Shown one piece after another: positions 53,531 through 64,000 of a stretch of 64,000 nucleotides of DNA. The stretch's first letter is position 1; each line of letters opens with the position of its first letter. The position numbers and the translations under genes were made by a program. Source of the DNA: Octopus vulgaris (lineage: Eukaryota); assembly GCA_951406725.2 (NCBI GenBank), contig OX597826.1:46748001-46812000 (forward strand), written 5' to 3'. The notes under the pieces were generated by a model that was not told the origin of the DNA, made no database searches, and saw nothing but the letters and a program-made list of their open reading frames with translations.

Positions 53531-54486
53531 CTGTATGTGTCTGTGTGTGTGTCTTTGTGTGAGTTTGAACGGAACATTGAGGATATCGTTGTATGCCATT
53601 GCAAGTGGTTGTTGCTTTGTTAACGAACTTGACACAGGATTAGTTATCTGGAGCACGGAGTGCAGCTTTAATGGCAGTGAGGTGGGCATTGTTTGCACAG
53701 GTGTTCTCAGTGGAAAATTTGCATCTAACACTACCATTCAAATTTACCTGCGGTTGGTGTCGGTGACATCTTGCATCGACTCATTAAAAACGAGAAAAAG
53801 AAAGAGAAAGAGAAAGAGAGTGAGAGAAGGAAAGAAACAATATAACATAGAATTGATGACAAAGAAAATAAAGAATATAAAGGATATAAAAATAAAAATA
53901 AAAATATAAAATAAAAATGAAAATTGTGATCAGACAAAAGAATAAAGAACAACAAAATAAAATTAAATATAACAAAAACTAAATAAATCAAAGCATCATT
54001 AAATAATCTGTGTATAAGAATTATAAGTTTTCTTTAAGTTAGATTTAGGTGTTTTGTTTATTTAAGTCTAATTAAATGTTTAGTATTTTGACACCTAGGT
54101 AGAGATATTTGATGAATTTTAAATAATGCCATTGTATTAAGTGTGTCACCCACCTTTCACATAATCTCGACAGTTTACCTAATAAGTTCAGTGTGTCTAT
54201 AATGGACACAGGTATACACAGGTATGTCTCAGACTTCTAAAAGAATACTGAAAAATACCTGTTCCTATATAAACATACACACATACGCACACACATCTAT
54301 ACATAAATATATATGTATATATGTATATATAGATGCGTACATGCACATATATATATATACATACATACACGCGCACAAACACACACACACACACAAATTC
54401 ATTTATAATTCCGAAAGCCGAACGGCAGGTCGCGCTCCTACATATTCACGAAAACCATATATATATATATATATATATATCTTTAA

Positions 54487-54672
54487 CTCTTTTACTTGTT
54501 TCAGTCATTTGACTGCGGCCATGCTGGAGCACCGCCTTTAGTCGAGCAAATCGACCCCGGGACTTATTTTTTGTAAGCCCAGTACTTATTCTATCGGTCT
54601 ATTTTGCCGAACCGCTAAATGACGGGGACGTAAACACACCAGCATCGGTTGTCAAGCAATGCTAGGGGACAA

Positions 54673-54753
<81 letters not shown>

Positions 54754-54919
54754 TACGATAGGCTTCTTTCAGTTTCCCTCTACCAAATCCACTCACAAGG
54801 CATTGGTCGGCCCGGGGCTATAGCAGAAGACACTTGCCCAAGATGCCACGCAGTGGGACTGAACCCGGAACCATGTGGTTGGTTAGCAAGCTACTAACCA
54901 CACAGCCACTCCTGCGCCT
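54487..54919 (-). mobile_element. SINE family D, full length
   Basis: Reverse complement of 28422-28820, with a longer internal microsatellite. Confidence 0.92.
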
Positions 54920-55074
54920 ATAAAAAGATTTGAATAACATTTCCTCAAGATACCATGCAGTGGGATCGAAACCTGGACTTCCTAGTTATGAAGAGAACTT
55001 CTTAACCATTTGGCCACACTGTGGCCACATATATATATATATATATATATAAAGAAAATAAAATAAATGTTCGT

Positions 55075-55289
55075 TCTCTAGCCATGCCAGGCTCATAACG
55101 ACCGGTTTCCCGGTTTCAGTGGCGTAGGAATTCCCCAGCTGGACAGGACGCCGGTTGCACCGTTACTCATTTTTGCCAGCTGAGTGAACTGGAGCAATGT
55201 GAAATGAAGTGTTTTGCTCAAGAACACAACGCATCGCTCGGTCCAGGAATCGAAACCACAACCTTACGGTCATGAGTTCAACACCCTAA

Positions 55290-55292
<3 letters not shown>
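55075..55292 (-). mobile_element. SINE with family C core and an alternative tail
   Basis: CAGCTGAGTGAACTGGAGCAATGTGAAATGAAGTG core; tail 55075-55160 is unlike 47345-47540. Confidence 0.75.
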
Positions 55293-55342
<50 letters not shown>

Positions 55343-55350
55343 TATATATA

Positions 55351-55584
55351 AAGGGTTGGCCATAAGTCACCTGACAGTAAATAAAAATTTAATTCCAAGA
55401 TTTATTTATGTTTAACAACTGAATGAATTTCAGAAAAGCATCTAAATATGAAGCATCATGAAAATTGTTCACACTGAAGCCCTTCTTGAGCGGCACCATT
55501 TTCCCATATGGATAAATAAAATTCAATATTAATATAATATTATGGAATTTTGACTTACTGTCGGGTGATTTTTGGCCAACCCTG
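55351..55584. mobile_element. Tc1/mariner-type MITE
   Basis: ~30-bp TIRs AGGGTTGGCCATAAGTCACCTGACAGTAA and TTACTGTCGGGTGATTTTTGGCCAACCCTG, flanked by TA. Confidence 0.85.
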
Positions 55585-55975
55585 TATACGTAAGAGAATA
55601 TGTTTCTCGTTCTACGAGGAAACGCTAACAAATCAGAAAGTTTTTTTTCTTCTATATTTTTATTCTTTTATGTCTTTTTCGTCAATGGATTACAAGGAAA
55701 CTTGGGCCACTGCCCTTCGGGGTTTTGTCTGCACCATTTTTATCTATCGCGAAGGGAACGGAATAGCAATGAAGCAAAGGCGAAGTCTGTATAGGCTTAA
55801 ACAGACGAAGCGAAACCAATGCTACAATGATGCTGTTCTCGACTGTTGATGACATGTGAACCATTAACATTATTTCGTGCAGCTCGAAAGTTAAAAATAG
55901 AATATAAAATACAAGGAAAACTCACCAAAATTATACCCCTTGATAACATAATCAACCACTATTTTTTCCGTAATA

Positions 55976-56274
55976 TTAGGTTGTTCTGAAAATAATGACC
56001 GATTTCAGAAACATCATTTTATTCTGGAAAAATTAGCAATAGAAATGTTTTGATTAGTCAAAGTACGAGCTGCGAACATCTATGCATCTCTGCCACCGAT
56101 CAACGAGATTATTTATGCCTCGCTGATAAAAACTTATTGGCTTTGATGCAAAGAAATCTTTGAAAGCTGATTCCACCTCTGGTTTGGAGCTGAAAGTTTT
56201 ATCACTTAGAAACGTATTTAAATGATTTAAAAAACGGTAGTCACTGAATGAAAGATTAGGAGAATATGGAGGAC

Positions 56275-56275
<1 letters not shown>
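55976..56275 (-). mobile_element. mariner 3' fragment
   Basis: PPYSPNLSFSDYRFL...GINNLVDRWQRCIDVRSSYFD* and TIR TTAGGTTGTTCTGAAAATAATG next to TA. Confidence 0.88.
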
Positions 56276-56332
<57 letters not shown>

Positions 56333-56334
56333 CG

Positions 56335-56500
56335 ATTTTACCCCTGTCTTTCCTTCTCCTATGTTTCCGACGAAGAGCTCCGCTCGAAAAGTCAAACCCT
56401 CCTTCTTCCCTTCTTTCCTGAGCGTCCAATAATACTTTATTTGTTCCACGTCCTTGCGTTGTTGTTTTTTTGTTTTTGTTTTCTTGTTTGGATTAAATTT
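56335..56500 (+). mobile_element. family H2 repeat with hammerhead-like motif (56363-56397)
   Basis: GTTT-CCGACGA-A-GAGC(TCC)GCTC-GAAAA-GTC-AAAC, with a GUC cleavage triplet. Confidence 0.75.
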
Positions 56501-56509
56501 ATATATATA

Positions 56510-56550
<41 letters not shown>

Positions 56551-57063
56551 GCACACAGATAGATAAATAGAGAGAGAGAAAGAGAGAGAAAAGGAGAGGA
56601 GTGGAAGGGATAGATAGATAAATAGATAGATAAATACTGTAAGTAGTTACGTCCGTACCACATTGACATATCAAAATTTAAACTGAATTTCGACGAAATA
56701 TATCGTTAGCGATGAAACAAAATACAAGATAGCACATGATGTATCAGGTTATTTATGGTCTGTTTCTTCACCGAAAAGGAAGTGCAAGCATTTCATACTT
56801 CCTTCATTCAGTTGTAGTACACTAATCAGTTGTGAAATAAAATGCTAAAGGTTTTCATGCTAAATGACCTCAAACGAATAATTAACTGAAGGGCAGAGCT
56901 ACTATCGTTATGCAGGTACGTAAGATATTTTCTATCTCTTTTCGGAAGAGGAGAGTACTGGGGAAATTACATATGCTGTGATGAATCATCATCGATTATA
57001 TTTGTGTGTGTGTATAAACACATACACACGCTTTCTCTCTCTCCCACAAACGCGCGCACATAT

Positions 57064-57290
57064 CACCTTCGAAACACGCTGGAGTTGAACTAGGGACAGC
57101 TGATGAAGGGGATTTTTCCTTGTGTAGTTTGTCTAGTACTCTGTTTTTTCTTATTTTTACGTTTTCGTTCTCGTTGAGTTCTGCGTCTATTTGTGGTGTC
57201 CTGTACTCACGTATATATATTTATATATGCATGTATATATACATGTAGATGTAAGTACGTACATATATGTATGTATGCATATATTTTATT
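57064..57290 (+). repeat. family H3 repeat
   Basis: CCTTCGAAAC...CTGATGAAGGGG...GGTGTCCTGTACTC. Confidence 0.75.
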
Positions 57291-57377
57291 TACTACACTA
57301 TTGTATGACTGAGCGCCTTCGCGTCGATTCGATTCGATTCGTTCCGTTTCGTTTCGTTTCTTCTTCTTCTCCCAGTA

Positions 57378-57413
<36 letters not shown>

Positions 57414-57869
57414 CTGTACGCATGTGCATTGAGCACTATGGTATTGTGATTTAGATGAAAAATAGCATCTATCCATGCAGCATAGACATACATATATTTG
57501 TACGCATATGTACATATATACATATATATATGCACACATACATATATGCATTCATATATACATTCATACATATATACATACACACATACATGTATATACG
57601 CATACACGCTCACACACATAATTGATAGAGATGGAAAATGGAATACACAAGAAACTTTATTGGTCACAACGATCGTTTCGACACATCCTGCATCGATCAC
57701 TCGTGAGTGGAAAACTACACATCTAGTTGTGGTGCATCCCTCGGTACAGAAGCGTCTGGTCAGGTGATTTGATAAGACTTATCTCGTTAAATGAACTCAA
57801 TTTCGTTCGGATTTTAACAGAGCATGTTGATAGTGACCGTAGGTTTAAGCCGTATGTATGTATATATGA

Positions 57870-58065
57870 CGGGAAGCTTTATGAAAATAAACAAAAGACG
57901 AAGGCAGGTGGAATACAAACAAACAATTGTATTAGTATGGCGCTCAGGAATATAAATAAAACAAGTCTTTTACGTTTCGAGCCTACGCTCTTTAACAGAA
58001 AGATACACAGAAAAGAAACACGGAAAGAAACAAGGAGACAAAAAAAAATGCGTGCAGAAGCTAGC
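57870..58065 (-). mobile_element. family H1 repeat with hammerhead-like motif (57967-58002)
   Basis: Minus strand CTTT-CTGTTAA-A-GAGC(GTAG)GCTC-GAAAC-GTA-AAAG. Confidence 0.78.
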
Positions 58066-58071
58066 GAATCA

Positions 58072-58123
<52 letters not shown>

Positions 58124-58211
58124 ATGTATGTATGTATGTATATATATATATATATACGTATATGTACACATTCATGCACGCACATATATATATATATGTA
58201 TATACGCATAA

Positions 58212-58276
<65 letters not shown>

Positions 58277-58790
58277 CATACACACATATATACATACACA
58301 CACACACTCCCATACACATATAATATGTCCGTAATATAAAGTAAGTGCGTAATGTGGTACACCTGACGATCAGTTGTATGAACAGGAACTCTGGGACAAA
58401 AGCCTAAGATATAAACACGATCCATCCAGCTGAAGAGCGCCTACAATTCCCTCCCTTCTTAACACTATGGATAATTAGAATGAGAATGGGAGGGATTTAG
58501 TCTTAGGTTTCAACATGGGGTTGTATTCACATATGTTAACTACACTCACATGGTTTTCCGTGTGAACTGCTGTGTCAGTGCACGCGTCACACATGGTTTT
58601 AGTTAGCAGTTTCATGAATGTGTGGTAAATCACAGCTGAGTCAGACGCTGTCACAACCCGCCAAGTCGTAATGACATTAGACAGATCCCGTTGTTTTGTC
58701 TGAAATAAATCTTTACTTTCTTTTATTTTTGCTCGTCCAACTTTAATCTCTTTCTGTCTGTCTGTCTGTCTGTCTGTTTCTCTCTCTCTC

Positions 58791-58845
<55 letters not shown>

Positions 58846-58882
58846 ACCTACCTGTCTGTCTGTCGCTCTATTTGTCTATTTG

Positions 58883-58929
<47 letters not shown>

Positions 58930-59000
58930 ATTTCTCGTTCTCTCTGTCACTGTATTTGTCTCTCTCTCTCTCTCTCTTTCGCTCTTCTGTCTGCTGTCTA

Positions 59001-59033
<33 letters not shown>

Positions 59034-59067
59034 CATCTATCTGTCTACCTATCAATCAATCAATCAA

Positions 59068-59103
<36 letters not shown>

Positions 59104-59494
59104 CGTATCTATCTATCAACCAGTCAGTCTGTCTGCCTGTCTGTTTGCTTGTATGTCTCTTTCTTTCCGTTTTTTCTTTCATTCATTCATTCATTCTTTC
59201 TTTCCTTCTTTCTCTCCACATACACACACGCACGCATACACACACGCACGCATACACACACGCACGCATACACACACGCACGCATACACACACGCACGCA
59301 TACACACACGCACATACATACACACACGCACGCACAAACATACACACACATGTTCACACACCTATATATATATGTACCTATATTTGTCCCTGACTTCCCT
59401 TTTAAACTTATTTCCTCATTTGGGTGTTGCTTTCTGTCCTGTTTCTTTCTAATCCCGTATGTCTACCTGCCTTTATCTCACTCTCTTGTCCATC

Positions 59495-59671
59495 TATCAC
59501 ACACATAGACCCCCACACACACACACACAAACTCTCTCTCTCTCTCTCACACACACACATACATACTAAACCCATGCTCGTATCAATTCTTACAAGTTAC
59601 ATCACCACCACTTTATTATTTCCCCTTCTCCCTAGCTCTCCTATCACACACACAGACCCCCCCCTCCAAAC

Positions 59672-59718
<47 letters not shown>

Positions 59719-59767
59719 TACATACTAAACCCATGTTCGTATCAATTCTTACTAGTTACATCATCAG
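59495..59767 (+). repeat. local tandem duplication (~150-bp period)
   Basis: CATACATACTAAACCCATGYTCGTATCAATTCTTACWAGTTACATCA appears twice. Confidence 0.8.
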
Positions 59768-60267
59768 AAGATGGCGTCGAATTCCGTAAAATGAAGTATT
59801 TGTCTCATCAAATTTATATACACAAACGTACTTGCGATGCAAACACGTATGCAAAATCCTTTAGTCTTCCACAGACGTTCAATAAACGCATATGGATATT
59901 CGCCTCGTGTACACTAAGTTCATTAAATTATTCGGATTTTTAAAACATTTTAGGCGACTGAGGATATCGGACATCTTACTGAGCGGCACGCCAATCAATC
60001 GCACATCAACCCTTAGGGGCCACTGAAACTCATTACCAGTTGAGTGGACTGGAGCGAAGTGAAATGAAGGGTCTTAATAAAGGACATAATGAAGGTCTTA
60101 ATGAGAGTCGAGAATCTAAAGCATAACTAGAACAAGACTGTTAATGTCTAATATGAAAAGCAAGCGCTTACATATTGAATCTTTAAATGCATATAGGTTA
60201 TCAATTAGACAGTACGCTTATAAAAAACAGGCAAATATATATATGCATAGTCTTACACATACACATA

Positions 60268-60308
<41 letters not shown>

Positions 60309-60317
60309 TCACACACA

Positions 60318-60418
60318 CTATAGTAGAAGACACTTGCCCAAAGTGCTATGCAGTGAGACAGAATCCGGAACCATGTGGTTCGTAAGCAAGCTACTTACCA
60401 CACAGCCACTCCTACGCC
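60318..60418 (-). mobile_element. SINE D head fragment
   Basis: AGAAGACACTTGCCCAA...ACCACACAGCCACTCCT. Confidence 0.8.
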
Positions 60419-60439
60419 TTATATATATATATTTATATG

Positions 60440-60738
60440 TATTTGAGAGAAAACATCTAAAACTTCACGTGGCTCCGGCAGGGGGTGTGGGTGTGGCGAA
60501 ACCTGCTGTACTCTTTCCCCACAACTTTCTCTCACTCTTTCTCCCTGTTTCTGCTTTAGCTGAATTTCAAAGGGCCAGCCTTGTCACACTCTGTGTCTCG
60601 CTGAATCTGCCCGAGAACTACGTTATGGGTACATGTGTCTGTGGAGCGCTCAGCCACTTGCACGTTAATTTCACGAGCAGGCTGTTCTGATGATCGGATC
60701 AACTGGAACCCTAGTCGTCGTAACCGACGGAGTGCCAC
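60440..60738 (+). mobile_element. SINE family B, 5'-truncated
   Basis: Aligns to 3235-3525. Confidence 0.85.
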
Positions 60739-61105
60739 GACACACACATGAATGTGCACTAATACCAACCGTCGCTGTGTTTATGGGAAATATCAGAATA
60801 ACTTATATTATCTATATTTTTCGTCTTGAAAATTATATTCTTGTACAAAATTTCAACTGTCTAGGGATAGAACTACAGACTACACGTTGGAAAAGAATCA
60901 CATATACATATATAAACCACGTACATACACAATTTACGATATATGCCCTCCTCTTAAAAAGCTGCATACGTCTTCGAAGTCATTTCATTCTTTGTCTTTC
61001 TCCGGTTTCAAACAAAGTAGTCTTAATATATTGTACTCAGCATTCGTATCAATTCACATTACTTTTATCAGCGTGTGTTCCCCTGTCATTTCATGAAATA
61101 TAACC

Positions 61106-61205
<100 letters not shown>

Positions 61206-61226
61206 GCATATATATATATATGTATG

Positions 61227-61725
61227 AACATAATCAAATAGGGTAATAAAATAAATTATTATTACCAGTGGCCTAGCATAAAAGACGAGTTAGTCATTAG
61301 ACTATATATATTTTTCGTATAGAAATACAATAAAAGGTTTCCAAATAAGGAAGCGTAGTGCTAGAAACACTAAAAGGTATAAATTCATGAAAGGAATGAA
61401 AATTTAAAACATTTACCATCTCAGCTATATCCCAGACCGAACGGTTTCTACCTCTTTTTTAGCAAACATACAGAATATATTTGCCAGGCCAGGTTCTTCA
61501 GTGGGAAGCCTTCGTAATCCTAGACGCACAGACTGTTAGAAGGAAATGTAGATCTAACGGTTTGTATATCCTTACTTTTCAAACCTCTGCGCAGACGCAA
61601 ACCATACCCGGCGAACCGAGAGGATGCCGGTAAAAAATTTACGAACAAATTTATCAAGCAATATTTTTAAACATAATCAAATAGGGTAATAAAATAAATT
61701 ATTATTGCCAGCAAGGCTAGTAGCA
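61227..61725 (-). mobile_element. 443-bp unit with terminal direct repeats and a hammerhead (retrozyme-like or Penelope terminal-repeat-like)
   Basis: AACATAATCAAATAGGGTAATAAAATAAATT at 61227 and 61670, with an HHR between them. Confidence 0.65.
61431..61505 (-). ncRNA. type I hammerhead ribozyme motif
   Basis: Minus strand CCCA-CTGAAGA-ACCT...[TGGCAAATATA/TATGTTTGCTA]...AGGT-A-GAAACCGTTCGGTC-TGGG: stem I CCCA/TGGG, stem III ACC/GGT, GUC site. Confidence 0.72.
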
Positions 61726-62328
61726 AGGCTAATGAATTATTTTTCCTCGAATGATCTAAGACGCATATGTGACATCTGTGGATGAAGATGCATTAATATA
61801 CGTTAGTAAAATACCTTAATTTGACAGAGAAAGCGAATCCACCCAGAATGCGATATAGAATGGATTCTAGTTAATCTAGATGGCAATGATTTTTATCTGA
61901 TTTTATCTAGCAGTTCATATTTATGTATTGAACTTATTTATTTATTTAAATATTTGATAACTGCCTCACCCAGCTCCACATGACTCAAAATTTCGTAGGC
62001 GTATAGGAGAAGTTATCTCATCAGATTTTCGGATGCAAACTCTGTCTCCGAACATCAGATGTACGCGCCAAGGAGATTTCAAATCATTTTGAGCAGTAAC
62101 ATTCTTATTAGATACTTTTAACTGCAACCAAATATGTTGAATAATTTTTCATTTTGTTTGTTTACTCTACTGTATACATACATACACACATCCATCCATC
62201 CATCCATCTATCCATCCATCCATCCATCCATCCACCCATCCATCCATCCATCCATCCATCCATCCATCCATCCATACATACATACATACATACATACATA
62301 CATACATACATACATACATACATACATA

Positions 62329-62557
62329 CCTATTTCTTTATTACCCACAAGGGGCTAAACACAGAGGGGACAAACAAGGACAGACATAGGTATTAAGTCG
62401 ATTACATCGACCCCAGTGCGTAACTGGTACTTAATTTATCGACCCCGAAAGGATGAAAGGCAAAGTCGACCTCGGCGGAATTTGAACTCACAACGTAACG
62501 CAGACGAAATACCGCTAAGCATTTCGCCCGGCGTGCTAACGTTTCTGCCAGCTCGCC
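62329..62557 (-). mobile_element. SINE family A (head, core, linker; tail lost)
   Basis: Near-consensus core and head. Confidence 0.88.
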
Positions 62558-62769
62558 ATACATATATACCAGTATACCACTACACCACCATACCACACAA
62601 CACACCACATCACAATACACCACCACACACACATCAGCACTGACCACTTCCCAGACCCACATTTTCGCACCTACACATACACACACGCACACGTCAAGAT
62701 CACGAGCCCTTTTCCACACGGACATACACACTCTCTTATAAACACGCACCCGCACCTTCGTTTTGAGAT

Positions 62770-63026
62770 CACCACCACTTTATTATCTCCCCTACTCCCT
62801 AGCTCTCCTGTGTGACCATTCTGTCCGGCTTTCGCCATGATAGATTGCTAGCCACTACACATTCTTTATTTTCTCTCCTTGTTTTTTTCTGTGTCCCTTT
62901 CTGTGGAAGAGCGTAGGCTCGAAACGTTAAAGACTTTTTCACTTCCTGAACGTTATACTAATACATCTATTTATTGTCTACACCGCCTATATCGCCTTTT
63001 GGTTCTTTTTTTGTGAATTCTCCCCT
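62770..63026 (+). mobile_element. longer family H1 copy with hammerhead-like motif (62897-62932)
   Basis: CTTT-CTGTGGA-A-GAGC(GTAG)GCTC-GAAAC-GTT-AAAG; 62770-62809 also matches 59603-59642. Confidence 0.78.
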
Positions 63027-63904
63027 ACATACATACATACATACATACATACATACATACATACATACATACTAATAATAATAATTGGAACACTTGTGTG
63101 TGTGTATGTATATATCTTACTTTCTTGCACATTTCTCTCACACAAGCACATAGATTTAAACCAATGATAACTGGAGCACAGTCAGTCCGGATAAGCTTGG
63201 ATTTTCAGGAAACGATATCAGCCAGTTGAGTTGCACATTACAAATACAATCAGTAAGCGGAACAATAAAATTATGCAAGATTTTTGTCAGTTTTAAAATA
63301 TGATAATGTTTTCATTATCTACATTTCATCGATGGAGCTTTGTATCTTTGTTAGAATCCAGCTCCTTCACAGAAAGAATTTCAATTATTAAAAACAGACG
63401 AGAAACATACATACATACACACATACATACATACATAAATACATACATACACACACACACATACATACATACATGCATGCATACATACATGCATGCATAC
63501 ATACTACGTACGTACGTATATATACAATATTATACTCTGCGTTAGATTAAAATTTGGCGACGAGTAAAAATTCGGATAATAATAATTATAAGCTTTAAGC
63601 TCTTAAGCATTCATTATGTATTGGCTTAAGAAAATAGTCTAATATTGGAACATATAAGCCCTCACGGTTACTAATACTCAGCTCCCGTCGACTAATTTCG
63701 ATAGCCAAAACGCGACGAACGCTTATTACAATTTTAGCCCTAGCTAATTATAAAATTATAATACAGATAAACGCATGTTTATCTGTATTATAATGTGTGT
63801 GTGTGTGTGTGTGTGTGTTTCTACTCATAGCTTCTATGTGCTTGAGGGACATGCCTAAAAGCTACAAATAGAAAACAATGAACAGTTTGCTAATGTAAGA
63901 TATA

Positions 63905-64000
63905 TTCTTTTTCTACTCTAGACACAAGACTCGAAATTTTGGGGAGAGGGGGCCAATCGTTTATATCGACTCCAATACACAACTGGTACTTTATTTATCG
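63905..64000 (-). mobile_element. SINE family A tail (runs off the window)
   Basis: TTTTCTACTCTAGACACAAG...GAAATTTTGGGG. Confidence 0.75.

Noticed and set aside
56054-56674. 206-aa ORF as an intact gene
   Set aside because: Chance fusion of microsatellite, antisense H2 repeat and a mariner C-terminal fragment.

Overview
AT-rich, repeat-saturated animal non-coding DNA (intergenic or a large intron). The SINE repertoire and microsatellite density suggest an octopus/cephalopod genome; that is an inference, not verified. No host protein-coding exon can be supported: almost every ORF in the track is translated microsatellite or SINE sequence. The window holds at least four tRNA-derived SINE families (labelled A-D here), several with clear target-site duplications (TSDs). 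It also holds decayed retroelements (Penelope-like RT/GIY-YIG, Tx1/L1, RTE, R4/Dong), mariner remnants, Tigger/hAT/Tc1-type MITEs, one clear and one probable non-autonomous Helitron, and a truncated tRNA-Gln pseudogene. The most notable signal is a set of hammerhead-ribozyme (HHR) motifs. One lies in the Penelope 3' terminal repeat, downstream of an embedded tRNA-like Pol III cassette. One near-canonical HHR lies in a 443-bp directly repeated unit. Five more lie in two short dispersed families with recurring non-canonical cores (CUGUNGA, CCGACGA). Together these suggest a Penelope-dependent set of ribozyme-bearing short retroelements (retrozyme-like). All alignments and foldings were done by eye and element boundaries are approximate.
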